From Ptychomitrium polyphyllum (lineage: Eukaryota): 64,000 nucleotides of DNA. A model generated the notes under the pieces. That model was not told the DNA's origin, searched no databases, and saw only the letters and a program-made list of their open reading frames with translations. Shown here piece after piece: positions 24,918 to 39,800 of the stretch; position 1 is the first letter of the stretch; every line of letters begins with the position of its first letter. Location of the stretch: contig OZ316776.1 of the NCBI GenBank assembly GCA_973851085.1, forward strand, positions 10,168,001-10,232,000. The letters are read 5' to 3'. The translations under genes were made by a program, and so were the position numbers.

Positions 24918-26408
24918 TCTTGTGGGCTAGGTCAGAACTGCAGAAAATAGCTGCATTCTGACTTTAAGAGTGTCGCTAGTTTCCCTCTTTCCGGACACAG
25001 CGCATGGTGAAAATTCATGATATTTCTTATTATTCTATGCTTCTAACTTCCATATCATGGGAGTAGCATGGCAAGTTAGCCTTAATTATGTAAAAGAAAC
25101 TTCACTACTAAGTTGTACATTCGAGAAGCCTTCTAGTTCCCTAGTACACGAATAACCATACCTGGTTGGAGTGATGCAGGCTGATGAAGTTGAAAGTAGT
25201 GACGATTCCAGCAGCAAACTTGTAATAGTGTAAAGGATCGGGAAAGTTAATATCTATGAAGGCTTAGTCAGTGGCTTCTTGTTTCCTCCATAGGCAAACG
25301 AAGCTGGGTACCGAAATGGCTGAGGAGATTCAATATTTATGAGGTTGAACTTCAAAACATCTAATGTACGTAGAAATACAGAAGCGACTAACTTTATCGA
25401 TTTATCCAAACGATTCCAGAATACTTGTATTAAGAAATGGAGCGGCAAGAGTTTTTGCCTCATATGACTGATTTGTCTCTGGATTGTTCAAACCAAGTTT
25501 TCTAGTGAACTCATGTTGTGTGCACTCTCTCCTTCACAACTGTAGTAACCCTAGAACTTCGTTTATGACTTACCACTCAAAATCCGCGTAAGCCAGAGTG
25601 AGTTCGAATTTACTCTCCTCTCAAGCTCTGCGTTTTGGAATGCAGATTCCTCGGCCTACTTCTTAACCTCCTCATGTTCCTCCTTGCAGGAAGCTCATGC
25701 TCGACCAGTGGGCTTGCAAGTATTTCCTCCATTTCATCTGTGCTGAACAGCTGTTATTGCAGACTTTTCAAAACAGTAATTTTCACATGCTCATAATCGA
25801 ACTCAACTGATTGCTATTGATGACAAAAATGAACATGTATCAAGTGTTCAATAGTGGTCTTGGACTGCATGAGAATATGAGGAGACTGCTTCAAATATAT
25901 ACAGGTGATGAGGACTTTGTGGTCTTAACCTGTGTCTGCCATTAGACAAGAATTCATCTTCAGAACCAATAAATTTCTTTCAAGCTCAGCAAAGGAAATC
26001 TAGTAAAAACATCTGGAATTCTCCTCGTACTGCCTACATCTGAGAGTCAAATGTTCTTCGACTTCCGCTTCGTTCTCATCGTGTTAGCTCTAAGCCAACT
26101 ACTACACGTCGCAATTGCTCAGCGTCCCATCTCCACAGCCAATGATGGCCATCTCACTGCATCACAAGATACTCTTACTCAAAAACTGCCATCTATTTAT
26201 TCCCGTCCTCATTATCCCGATTGTTACACAAAGCTATCAACATGATCTTCCACAATAATGCTCATGTAGACTGTTTCTGAGCTTCTCTTTAATTTTTGCC
26301 GAATCGTGAAGCATTGAGACAAAGCACCAACTCATAGACAAACATACACCAAATGCTACATGAGAAGAAGCATGGAACACACCGCAAGCTATAGAATTCA
26401 TTGCCCGG

Positions 26409-29400
26409 TTATCTTCTTTCTGCAGGTACTTCAGCTAAGAGGTCCTCAATTGGTCGCAATGGTGCAGTGGTTTCAGCCACGGCTTCCAAGACCTTATATC
26501 TGGCTCGATCTAAATTACTCACGCAAGCGACTATCAACTCTGCCACCTGAACAAAAATAAATGCCTCAGTAAGTTTGCAGGTATCTGGATATGAATATTT
26601 TCAAGGCATTCAGTGCTCGTTGATTTGGACTTACAACACATTAATAGATGGTTGATACTGCCCACGCTGCAGCACCACAGTCAATTCTTACTTCACATCA
26701 AAAGGGAAAAATTTATGACAATCAAATCATCACTGACTATAGACACTGCCTAGCAAGTGTAATGGATAGGTTTCCCATCATAACAGATTTTCAGCTATCC
26801 TGAATATTTCTTCAATTAAGATCAAATACGTCATGTACTTCCTTCCCAACCAGATCACGTTGGCGAATTCAACTGCATCTTGGACAGCCGCTACTTGGTA
26901 TATGCACTGCACTGCTAAATGTAATACGATTTCACATACAGTATGTATGATCAAGTATTCAGAGAATGGTGGAAAGTGGCAGAAAAACTGACCTGAAGAT
27001 TGGACACTTGTCCACCAAACCAGGTGTCCCTAGGGGCGAGTCGCAGATTGTGTGTTTCCTTGTACGTATCTGTAGGCCTTTCCATTCCCCCCGGCCTTAT
27101 GATCTGCGAGCCATCAAGTCAGAAGCTTAAATTACTCCAGTCCACGTTCATTCTATTAGATCCTGACAAGGTAAATTGCGTAGCCTGAGGTAAAAATAAA
27201 TAAAACTTCAATTAAACTAAATCGAGCAGTGTGAAAGACTTCAACAAATGCAGCAACTGCCTAAGTGCTAAGAATACTGTGTTACAGCTAAGAATTAGGT
27301 CCTTGTTGAACTCACAGTATAAGGCAATCCACTTTCTTCAAGAGCCTTCTCAGCTTTTGCTTTCCAAATCAGAACACCCCAGAACAAGCTGCACGATCAC
27401 ATTCAATAGACATAGATGTGAGATAAAACTTGGTAAAAAGATGGTGTATGATTATTTGTCATGTATTTGCTTCAAGACATGATAGTGTATTAAGTGCATT
27501 ATCACTATCCTAATTTTCAGAGAACATTAGAAATATAGAACATCTGGAAAACCTGACTTTGCCTCAAAAAGCTTGAAGGCCGAAAGTGCAGAGAAGGTTA
27601 AAGTATGTACTTAAGAATAGAAGCAGGCCATCCGAGCTTTGTTGTACCAAGGGATGTCACCAAAATGAATTGATTGACCTTCGCCCTTGTTGCTGCAATT
27701 TAAAGGCCTTATGTTATTTATGCTATAAAGAAGAACGCAGGAACACGTATTACAAGCTCACGTCTTAGTTAGTGCTTCTCAACGATGCGCTCTAGCAATC
27801 TGACTTATTAAAACCAAAGTTCAGTTTCATAGAGTTGGTATTGATGAGCGATTCCTACTTTGATTAATTTCTCCATGAAAGGTGGAAAAACAAGCATTCA
27901 ATTCCAAGCGTCTCAAAATCAGTCATTTTTTACCAGCTTTAATAAGGTTATCTGTGGCCTTATAGTCGATGCGGTAGGGACCTGTAACATCCGATATTTC
28001 CTTTTCACTCGCACCAATCGAACAAACAACAATACCCGCATCTTCCAAGGAATTTTCAATTGCGTCTTCATTCTCAAGATCACACTCCACCAACTTCACT
28101 GGTTCTCTTTCTGGGGACCTGGTTTTAGAGAGCTTGGTAGCCTGCACGAAATCACATGCCATTTCAGCCTCCCATGTCAGTCTCACAGAATGATTAGCTA
28201 CGAATTGGTTTCCGAAATGATGCTGGCACACATTGATGCAGAAATTATTATAGACCGATCACATTCCGTGTTAAAACTGACAAAATAAGGAAGAATTTGA
28301 CGACTGAATGCAGGCAGTATGCCAGCTTCAACTTGAACATAATGTTTGCCAGGTAGCATCGCACTCGATGACAAATAGCATCAGCTCGAACATTATATGC
28401 AGATTATTTGGTTTGATTTGTGGTCTAACTACATTTAGGACAAGGCATCGAAGACAGGAATAGCAAACCTCAAGAAGGGCTTGTCCTCTGGCAACAGCTC
28501 TAACACCCGCTCGTACTTGAAATCCAGACTTTATTAGTTCCCTGCCAGTCCGTCGCCATAAACATGAGTTTCTCCCACGCATACTTCTGTCAGCATCATA
28601 ACTAGTTTTCTTCCAGAAAAAGTATCCAACTAGGACAAGCAAAAAAGCACACCTGACCACACGTGATCCAACTTTGCCTGTAGCTCCAGCCACGAAAACT
28701 ACATTGTTGTCCTTTCCCGATCCCGTTGTCAGTTCTGCCTCTTTTTCCACCTTCCTAGTGCCTGCAAGCAAAAACTGTTCAATATCAGAACAAGCAGTTT
28801 ATCTTCAGCCATACAATCTACAAAGGTTATGAAAATAATGAACACGACATAGCAAAATCGCCTTATATAGAGTTCAATGAGATTGTTTTATATCATGATT
28901 ATTTTCCTGCAAACAGGACAACTCGCGGACCAGGAGAAATTCCAATCTACCTTGTAAAATGTTTAAGAGAAGAGCAGCATTGAAAAAACTAATTTAACTT
29001 TTCCCGTCCTCATAAAGTCCTCAAGGTATATTCTAGTTCCCCTTGCCAGCGCTGACACGATACGAATCATTCCAGCTCTAGGACAAACACACAGTAATCT
29101 ACCGTAAGGCAAATTCATTGCCAGCAAATTAGATTTCGTCAATCTGAAATCATTGTGTTTAAAATTGAGCTTGGACAAGATAAATGCGGCGGCAGTGCCT
29201 CGTTTTTATTTCACCCTAAGATTTGAGAGCTCGATATATCCGCTGCTTCAAGCTTTCACAGTCCACTGTTTAAAATACGCATCTATTGCAGCGACATTTC
29301 ATCAAATTCAAAGGAACGTGTAAAAGCTCCAACAAGCAGAGGATCGCAAGAGCTTATACCACTCTGAGCTCGAAATCCGCGCAACACGACATCCCTCACA

Positions 29401-29564
29401 CACACGCCATGGCCATTCCGACTAACGCCAAAACCTCGCACTCTGTTAGTTGCCGGCGCTTGCAGCATTGTGAACACTTCATTCCTATGCAAAGGCGACC
29501 CCGAACAGATCTGCGCCACAGGCCCTGGAATCGCCTGAAGTAGTGCCATAGACGACGTCGCCAT
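26409..29564 (-). CDS. TIC62: Tic62-like chloroplast NAD(P)-binding Rossmann-fold protein (short form)
   Basis: Eight exons inferred with GT-AG borders: 29360-29564, 28653-28761, 28469-28541, 27934-28141, ~27611-27692, ~27316-27388, ~26993-27103 and 26409-~26546. Motifs are VFVAGATGKVGSR, IGASEKEISDVTGPYRIDY, FILVTSLGT, LFWGVLIWK, IIRPGGMERPTD and ETTAPL. Confidence 0.9.
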
Positions 29565-32500
29565 CGCCACTCCAAAACTACTTCCCCGTCCTGTCCCTGA
29601 AATTGACAAACAAGCTCCTCTCACTTCATCTTTCCATCAACCAAACCAGACATCAACTCTCTCCTCTACAAATTGATTCGGCCTCCGTCATCTCTTCGAC
29701 AACTTCTACTCACATTCTCCACTACATGCAATCACATCCGTTGCTTGCAAAGAAAGCAAGGAACTCTTCATTCCACGAACGTTTCGATTCACTTACTCTC
29801 CACTAACATTCCACTACTGTTCCTTTTCACTAGCAGCTACGATAATAAAAAACATCTCCGTTACAACAAGCAGCGGTTAGGGTCCTTTGATTCTGCTACA
29901 GTTACAAATGCGTGCAGAGCTTGAACCTACAGCGCCTCGACTTACCGCAAATCTGTGCACTCGCCTGCCACAGCCCAAACTGTTATCCTCCTCGAACAGC
30001 ATCCTCGACAGGATTATAGCACCCGAGTATATACCGGGTATATCAGAAGTATCACCTGAGTATCGCCTAGCTATCACTCGAAACGTCGATTTTGAGGACG
30101 GCCCGAGACTCCTTGGGCTCCGATTGCCGTGAATGCGATTCTTGATCCCGCTCAGCTAATTGTTCGATGCAAGTGAATTTTTTCTGACAAGAATGGCTTT
30201 GAGACCAACTTATGTTGCTTGGCGGGGATGCCAGGTTACAGCTTCGAAGGTGCGAAAGAAAGCGAGAGGAATTGAGGCTCACGAATGCACTGGCGTTTGG
30301 CTCTCGTTTGTGCAGCCGGATAAGAAGGGCCCATCACGTTCCCTCGTTACTTGCTTGTTCCCAATTCTCAGCTTTTACTTTCTTGTTTGAAGTCACTGGT
30401 GGGTTGAACACAACATAGGGGTTGGGAATTAAGACCACAACTGGATTCAGTTATCCTGCTCATAAAGCAGAGTTGTCACTCCTTTGATGAATAACTTCTT
30501 TTTTTTGTTAGAACACCTCTTTCCAAACTTTTCATTCCTTCTAAATTATGATTTTGGAAGGAAGTTTTTTCCAATACAACCAATAGTGACAACTCTACTA
30601 TGTGAGTATGAATGTGAAGCATGTTAGTTAATTTTTTGGAGCCTACACGATTCTTTAGAAAAAAATGTATGGCTTATTGATCTTTTGATGTTGATAAATC
30701 TTATTAAAAACAAAGTTCTTATATTGCACAAAATTATTGATAAACATCACAAATCCATTCTTATGAATATTTCAACATATTAGAGTCTACAAAGAAGAAT
30801 GTATTTCTTCAAGAACTTTTGTAAAAGCTAATTTCTATGTTTTAAAAGTTGTACATTTTAAAGATTTTAATTGGATATTTTTTGTTTTGATTTTTCTATA
30901 TATGAAGTTGATAGTTTGAGGCAAATTGATGCATTTTGTAAAAAATGCATTGATGTTTTTCTCAAAAAATACATACTACACCTATTATGATGTGGCATAA
31001 TTCAATACAAATTGCATTTTACTTCTACTAATTTTATTAAGTTTAACATGAAATCAAAAGTTTATAATTTATTTTTCTAATTTTGAGATTTTGCCATGCT
31101 TCCTTTCTAATTTCAGATTTTAAGAATCATGGTATATATTAATTGAATTGCAACTAAAGTACTTCAAAGGTGAATATGGTTTTTAATAAATGAAAAAAAT
31201 TCTTTGAAATTCGGATTGGTAAATATTATATGAAAACGCCTTTATTTTAATAAAATTATAATTTCAAGTTTTGAACATTATTATCATTTATTTAATGACA
31301 CTCATGTTTAGAACTTGAAGTTGTAATTTTACTGGAATGTAGATAATTAATTTTGAATTAAACACTCCAAAATTATTAAAAAATCAAGTATTGAAAAATA
31401 TCTCATTAATACTAAAGAAAAAACAAAAAAAAAATTATAAAAGTACTATTTAAACAATCTTTACAAATATTATGTATAATATGGCCATTTTAGGATAGTT
31501 CTTAAGTACACGAAGGAAACTATCTTTTTATAAGTAAACTTTTTCTAAATGCTTGCGTGCTTTCTATTATCTTTTAAAAAATTTGCATTCACTTAATTAA
31601 ATTTTGAAGCTTTTAAACAAAGACTATAACACATTTTTTTAGCATAAATATATATTTGATTATTTATTTTATAATTTATGAATAATGATTTTGTAATATC
31701 AATCATTTATTGGAGCAATGTCAAATAATATCTACAATAAAGTAATTGATATTGAAATTAAACTAAAATAATCCAAAAAATATGGAATTAAATTATAGTT
31801 TTAATTGATTGATGTGATTATTTATCAAAACTAATAAGGCAACTATCACATAGATTTTAATACAATTATAACAGCAATTTTTTAAAAAAATAGATAATTT
31901 TTTTAAAAAAAAAGTGAAAGTAAAAGAATAATTATAAAGAACTCAAAATGGAAGTAAAACTTATTTTTGTAATTGGAAAAAAATAGACAAATACCACAAA
32001 ATTAATAATTAATTTTGATATTATATACAAAATCCTAAAATCAAGTTGTAATTGTTTAAAAATTAAATTACAATCAAAAATTAAATTTATTTTTAATTGA
32101 TATTTATTGATTATTGTTTGTTAAAATGCTGATAAAAATAAAATCGCTTTTAAAACTTGCAATTAAGATGGTATAATACAAATTCTTTTTTTCAACTTAT
32201 AATAAATACAATAATATTTTCTTAAATGCATAAATTAAGTTATTTAAAATAGTCATATAAATTGTTAATCTTTAAAATATAGAAGTTTACGATAGTTTTT
32301 TTAAATGTATTTTAATGCATTGAAGAGTTTCTTATTTAATAAAATTATTTCAAAATTTAATTTGAATAATTTTTTTTAATTATGATCATATTAACTCTCT
32401 ATACGGTAAATGAAAAGAAAATATTGGTTTTTTTTGTTTTTAAATTATAATAATTAGTTGTTTTTATTGTACTAGAAAATTTTCAATAATCATTATAACA

Positions 32501-33878
32501 TATCATGTTAAGATGTTTTCCATATTTTTGAGGATTTTCAATAATCTTAATTGTATTAGTACGCAAATTTAATAAAAAAAAATTAGAGATTTTTTTAAAA
32601 TTTTAAAGGTTTTTCTACAAAAAATCAAATCTTTACAAATTATTTTAGCTTTTGAGAATTTAGTCACTGTTGACCACTATCTAAATTTTGAAGGTACATT
32701 AATTAAGAAGTATATTGATGAAATAATAGTATTAATTAAGAATATTGGATAAAACCATTAAAAGGTAGTATGTAATATAAACTTGAAATTACTAATTTTA
32801 CTTTTGAAGGTTTTATTGTAATAAATTGTTTTGAATTGCCAATGATATGTTAGATAATCTAATGGATAATTTTTGGATTATATTTCAACTATTATAAATT
32901 TAAATGTAATAAAATAAGTGATATCATTTTCTCATCCATCTTACTCATTTTCTCATTCATCTTCAAATTACTTCTTCCATGCAAGACAAAACAAGGTGAA
33001 AACAACCCTTACATTAATAACAAACAATGTGAACAGCGCCGTTGCAGAGAACTTTCCGTGCAAAAATAATACCTTCGAAAAAATTAACTGAAGAAATATT
33101 TGTAATCCAATCATGGTAAACATGCTGAGTCAGCAACAAAATGCCTGCCACTGCCACTGGTGTATCAGGCTAATAAAAGGTCTTTGCGCTTGACTCCTGT
33201 CGAAGCCGCCTTTGTCGAGGTGCCAAGTGTAAACTATACGCTATCAGGCAAACTGAGACATCTCCCTTCTGAGGATCTACCATTCCTCTGCAAATCCACC
33301 TCCCTCCGTTTAATGCCAGCGCGCCATTAGCAGGCAAAGGCGGCGGATCCCATGCTTCCCATCATCGCCCGGCGAAGTCCGAACCAGTGTGCCAAGTTCC
33401 AAGTTCCAGTGCAATCCAATCAGGGAGCAGCGTCCTTAGGCGATATAAAACCCTCCCAGAAAAAAGTGCTCCAGGTTTCAGAGCTAGTCACAGGCCACAA
33501 CAAAGAGCTTTGGAAGCTGACACGTGGTCGCTCGCGAGAGGAGAGGCTTCAGAGCGAGGGCGTTCGAAGTAAAGCTGGAATCTAGTAAAGCTGGCGATGG
33601 GGTGCAGTGAAGTGGCAGCGTTTAGGGCACGAGGTAATTGTGCAGTGCGGGAGTTTGAAGGTGATGGAATGGCGGGGCGGGAGGGATGGCGGTGAGCGAA
33701 GGGCGAGCTAGTGCACTGGGATCTGAGCTCACGGCGAATGGTGTCATCGTTTGTGCCCTGGAGCTTCCAGTGAAGCTGGCTGCTGGAATGTTGTTTTGTT
33801 TGAGTGATTAGGTCAGGGAGCGGCAATCGAGTAGACGGGGGTTTGAAGGTGATGTGATTGCGGGACCTTGCGGGAGGG

Positions 33879-36800
33879 ATGAAGCGGCAACAAGTCATCT
33901 CGCGCTTCTTCACCAAGCCTGCTGCTGCCGCCGCTCCTGCCGCCGCTCCTCCCTGCAGCTCCGATGCATCTTCTAATCAGCCATCTCCCAAGCGGAGCTT
34001 GAGCAGTGCGGGGGGTTCACCGATTGCAAGCAGAGCACCGGTTTCATTGTTGTCTCCTAGGCCTGATAATGGATCCAGAGATTTTAGCGAGGGTTTTTCG
34101 TTCGGTTCTAGCAGCCAACGATCTTCCAGGAAGAGATTGCAAGATGAAGTTGAGGACAATGCAGAGGATCGTTCGTTGGTAGAGTGCAGCCAGCAGGAGA
34201 GAACTTTCGCGTCGGGTTAGTGTTGGCTTGTTTTTCTGTGGTGTGGAGATTATTGGCTGAATTGATGTCCATCTTAGGTCTCAGGGTTTAAGGAATTCGA
34301 TTCCGGGTCCATTCTGCTTCGCACTCTGTTATGGGAGCTTTAAATTCTCTAAGAAACTAGGTTTGCTTTACAATGAAAGGCATTTCAAGCTTTTGGTTGT
34401 ATGTTTTTGTCGTGCGTTGAGGAGCCAGCTTGTCATTAGAGCTTAATCATTAGATAGGGTTTAGGCTTTTTTACCATGATTAATTCTGTTCCTCTGGTTT
34501 GAGGTCCAAATTGCTAGTTGTGCTTTAAGATGTCGAGTAACATCGGTTCTCCTGAGGGATACCCATTTTCTAGAAACTCTGGTTGGTTCTATGGTATGGA
34601 ATTGCTGAGCAGCCGACAAGAACACATGAAAAGGCCAATGTGTCTACATTCTTTGTTGGTAGACTGACTGATGTGATTCTTACGCAGTCAGTGAGAGCGA
34701 TGGCAGTTTGAGAGCTGCCCCGTTGCGCAAGAAACGAGCGATTACAAATACTGTAATACCTCCTGCGGTCTCTGATTCTCCAGAAATTGAGGCTCGTGAG
34801 AAGATTCTTGATCAGCCTCGACTTTTGTCGTTAGACACTGAGGATCATAATTCATCTGGGCCACAAGTTGAAGGAGAAGTGAATGAGCAAGTTTTGGAGA
34901 GAGGGCATGGATCTGCTCGTGATATTGGCTGTGAGGAACCAGGCCCGTTATCTTCGAATCAACCTCCTTTGATACAGAAGCGGAGGGCTTGGGGCCCTTA
35001 CAATGAAACTGTAATCCCAGCTGTTGATCCTACTCGGCACAGGAAGTTTGTGAACAAATTATTGGCAAGAAATGACGAGAAAACAACAGAGGAGGAGTTG
35101 CGGTATGGGAAGCCACCTTCAGGGAGACCGACCTATACTCCTCTTGAGCTCCAAGTTGTGGAGCTCAAGGAAAGGTACCGAAAGTGTACCTGACATCTAA
35201 CCCCTCAAGAGCATATAAAATTCTTACGTTCATGTGAAGCCACATGTGCGGGTTTTAAAGGAAGTTAACAGAAAATGTAATGATAGATTTCTACAGCAAT
35301 TTTTGAAAATTAATCAATTTGCCTAATTCATATCTTGGTTTGCAGGTATCCTGATGTACTCCTAATGGTTGAAGTAGGATATAAATACAGATTCTTTGGG
35401 AATGATGCAGAAACTGCTGCTCGTGTACTTGGAATCTTTGCATATTACAATCATAATTTTTTGTCAGCAAGTATACCGACTTTTAGACTCCACGTTCATG
35501 TTCGAAGATTAGTGGAAGCTGGGTATAAGGTTGGGGTGGTACGGCAGACAGAAACAGCTGCAATAAAAGCACATGGATCGAACAAAACAGGACCTTTCTC
35601 CCGGGGTCTATCAGCTTTATATACCCGTGCAACTCTGGAGGCCGCTGAGGACTTAGGAGGCGACACAGAGGGCAATGTTGGTCGTTTGCACAGCTACCTT
35701 ATGTGTATTGCGGAACAACCCATCTTACAAGGCTTTGGCGGCAGTAAGAGTAAGAAAGCGGTAAACTTTAAAAGCGGATCTGCTGAAACTAACGGTGATT
35801 ACGCTGGCTACTACGACACGTGGTTAGGGGTTGTGGCTGTGGACACTGCTACTGGGGATGTAATGTTTGGAGATTTCAAGGACACTGTCATGCGAAATGA
35901 ACTTGAAGCGAGAATGCTTACATGCACGCCTGCTGAGCTGCTGCTGGCAAGCCCACTTTCTGCAGCAACTGAAAAGGTAATAATCTTATACCTCTTTTTG
36001 TCCTTAAAAGATTCACATACTGTATTGGGCTCTTACCTGTGAGAATAGAAAAGTCTCTGCCTGACACTACCGACTGACTTCACTTTAGAGTAGCTACCAA
36101 GAATCTGATGGTACTAAGTCGCTACAGTGTTCTCTTTTTCAAGAGAACCATTTCTTGACTTCTTTTAAACTTCTGCTAGACTTGGGGTTTTTTCTCCAAA
36201 TTTGTATGCAAGGAAAATGCAATGCTTGGCCTTTTGTTTTTGAAGGATTTATTTGTTGCACTAGATGTTAAGCAGTGCACGTAGAAGAGTGAGAATGTGC
36301 AATAAAGAAAAGGATGCAGGTGATGAAATTGAGTGTCTGTCATGGTGCTTGGGTTGCCACTTTGATGGAGTATAAGCCTCTAATTAGTGTAGACCTCGGC
36401 TTGCAGCTTGTATTGGAATACGCGGGGCCTGCTTCAGAGGTTCGCATAGAGCGTATTTCTCGTGATTGCTTTAGAGATGGAGGGGCTCTTGCAGAGGTGG
36501 TGTCTTTTTATAAAGCTAAAGGTGAAAAAGATGCTGCAGCTTCTATCAAAGTTGAAGAGAACGTAGATCCAGGTTTGGAGGTAGACTCCTAACTACGGCC
36601 TCCAGTTTTTTACATCTCCTTAGTTTTGCAGAAGTTTCTTATTAAGTTCAGAGCTTATGTCACCAGCAAGGCATGAAGAGGTACCTTATGAGCTTTTTGG
36701 TGAGGAATCTACTCTGTATTATTTAAAGTGGCTCGCGTGCTAACATTTGCCACTCTTATATTTTTCTGAACAACAATATCTGATTGTTGCATGCAGGCTG

Positions 36801-39800
36801 TCATGGCCATGCCAGACATTGTAGTGCAAGCATTGGCCTTGGCATTACGTTATCTCAGACAGTTTGGGCTGGAAAAGGTGCTCCAATTAGGAGCATCCTT
36901 TCGTTCATTTGCAGGCCACAGTGAGATGAGCCTTTCTCCTAACGCTCTTCGGCAGCTTGAGGTATTTATCCTGTGTAATTAACAAACACAACCTTTCCAT
37001 GTTTTGGATTTCCAAGCTACAGAACTGCTAGATTGAAGTGCTCAAGATAGTGAATTGAATTTAATAAACGCTCTAGGTTGTTGCCTCGCTTACTTCGTTT
37101 GAAAGTAAACAATGTCTTCTATGGTGCAGATTTTGAAAAACAATGCAGACGGAACTGATAAAGGCACCCTGCTTTGGCTCATGGACCACACTCACACACC
37201 TTTTGGTGCACGCTTGATGCGTCATTGGGTAAGCTTTGCTGAGATGCCATTGTTGTCACAAAAAGACGCATTTCAGATGGAGTTAAGGCATGTGGATTTG
37301 TGCTAATTTTGCGGATGCCATGACGTTGCAGTGTCAAGTTTTGTTAGTAGTTGAATGTTGCAGCAGCAAAGGAATGTTTTGTAGTATCACAATTTATTAT
37401 CATTGTAGTGTCCAATTTGTCAAATGCTATTTCCCCTTGGTTTTCTTTAGAATTAAGAAAGGTGAGGTTGCTTTATGTCTCACTGCAGGTGACGCACCCG
37501 CTACAGGATCATGAATCAATTGCTGCGCGGTTAGATGCAGTGACTGAAATAGCAGAATCTATGGGGAGCGTGGGAGCTGCCCAAGGAGATGGAACTTTTC
37601 CTGGTAGTGGGAAAGGTGGAGGTTATGTTGGGGCACTAAGTCGCGGTGGTGTTGGTGAAGGTGGGAAGAGTAAAGGGCTTTTGGTGTCTCTTCTGTTGTC
37701 ATTGGGGAAATTGCCTGATGTGCAGCGGGGTATTACTCGAATTTTTCTTCGTACTGCCACAGCTGCTGAGGTACTCTCAGTGTTAGTCCTTTTAAAGCAC
37801 TTGTGTTCTTATTCAGCCGTTGTTGTACTGTGCCACTTTTTCTCATTGGTGTACTCACAGTCAAATTCATCCTCACGTCAAGCTTGTTTTCTGGACACGG
37901 TACTTAATCACCTTGGATATGATTCATTTCCAATTGTATCTCATAATTTATCTGTAGCTTTGCTTCATGAAGTATCGTCGGTGGTGATTTTCCTGATCTA
38001 CTTACACAGAATATACTCATGTTTTTTTTGGATGCAGTTTGTTTCGGTTGTTCAAGGACTCGTACGAGCAACTAGACAGCTTCGTCAGCTGCATCTTCAC
38101 AGGAAAGAGGATTCTGAAATGGAAGTGGACAATGAACACCTACAGGGTGTCAGATCCACTCTTTTGAGACGTCTACTGGCAGCTGCTTCATCAGTTTCCG
38201 TGTCTGAACCAGCTGCTCAGCTGTTATCTGCCCTAGATACCGATGCAGCAGCTTCTAATGACAAACTTAAGCTTTTCCATTGCAGAGATGGAAGGTTTCC
38301 TGAGGTTTCACTCGCACCATATGTGTTGTGATGGTTGCAAAAAAGATGCTGACATCACATTCTTTAGCCAGATGAATCTGCACTACTTCTACAGTAGAGC
38401 ATCTGGTCAGGGACTCCAACTGTGGACAATGTTTAGCATTTCTAGAAGAAAAGGAGTACTATTTTAACTGTTGATTCTGATGGAAGGTCATCATGACGTA
38501 AGATCATGATGTAAGCTAATGAATGTTAATGGATGTAAATGTGGAAATTTTAGAGTAGTTACCAGATTTATTTCTGTTCAATTCTTAGCGCCATCTTCTG
38601 CTGCTGCAGCCGAGTGCACATCCTATTTCTTGTAATATTCCCTCTGACATGTTATTGAACACTTTGTCATGTGTCTGTAGGTCGTAAAATGTCGACTTGC
38701 GATCAAATCTGTAGAGCAACAACTTGAGGATCTTCTTCCTAGCATTCGGAAGGTTATCAAGTTACCAAGGTTGGGATACATGAGTGTGTCCGGGACAACG
38801 CATTTAATTGAGGTCAGGAACCTATTTTGCGTTTTCTCTGAAGAAGTCCAAATATGATTCCTCTCTTTACTTCTCTGGTTGTTTGCAGCTTTGAGTTTCT
38901 GTTTCTATGTCTCAACAGTTTTGCAATCTGCATCTTGTGTAGTATGATTGGCTAAAGACTGTTCATATGTTTTAATTTTCATATCGACGTTCTAAAAGGT
39001 AATGCCAAACTTTCTCAGAGTACTTCATTTGAGACGGAATTACAATGAAAGGTCTAACATGGTGTGTAACTAAAACAGGTTCCTGTTCCACAGCGGGTGC
39101 CAGCTAACTGGATCAAGGTGAACAGTACGAAAGCAATGCACAGATACCATCCTCCAGAGGTATTAGAGGCATTAGATGCTCTGGCTCTTGCAAGAGAGCA
39201 GCTCAATATTGCATGTGGACAAGCTTGGGATGCTTTTCTGGCAGATTTCGCTTCACATTATGTGGATTTTCGGGCAGCTGTTCAAGCTCTTGCTGCCCTC
39301 GACTGTCTCCACTCACTTGCAATTGTGTCTCGAAGCCAGGTAATTTATCAAGTTGCCACGTTAACAGTTCATTGCATAAGCTTTTTTTAACTAAGTTTAT
39401 TCAACAGGTAGTGTTCGTAGACGGTAACTGAGAACATTATTGTCGCATGATGCATTCTCATATGTCGGACTGTTTATGATTATATGTGTTGAATCAGTGT
39501 TTTTGTCTCCGAATGAAGTTTGATATTGAGTGGATTATACCTATGTTTGTACAGGGCTATGTGCGTCCCGAATTTGCGGATAAGTCTGATCCTTCACAGC
39601 TGATCATTACGGCTGGCCGACATCCTGTAACCACCTTTGTCCTTAAATTTTTTCTGCGTGTTTTATCCATAACTAGCAAAATTCAGTTTATAGCCGTATA
39701 TTGCATTAGTCGTGATTCACAAAGTATCTGAACCTCATTTTTCTCTTCTTTTTGGGGGATTTCTATCAGGTTCTGGATGCAACATTGCAAGATGAGTTTG

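Noticed and set aside
29887..30132. Short ORF divergent from TIC62
   Set aside because: It has no recognisable motif, no paralogue in the window and no supporting gene structure.
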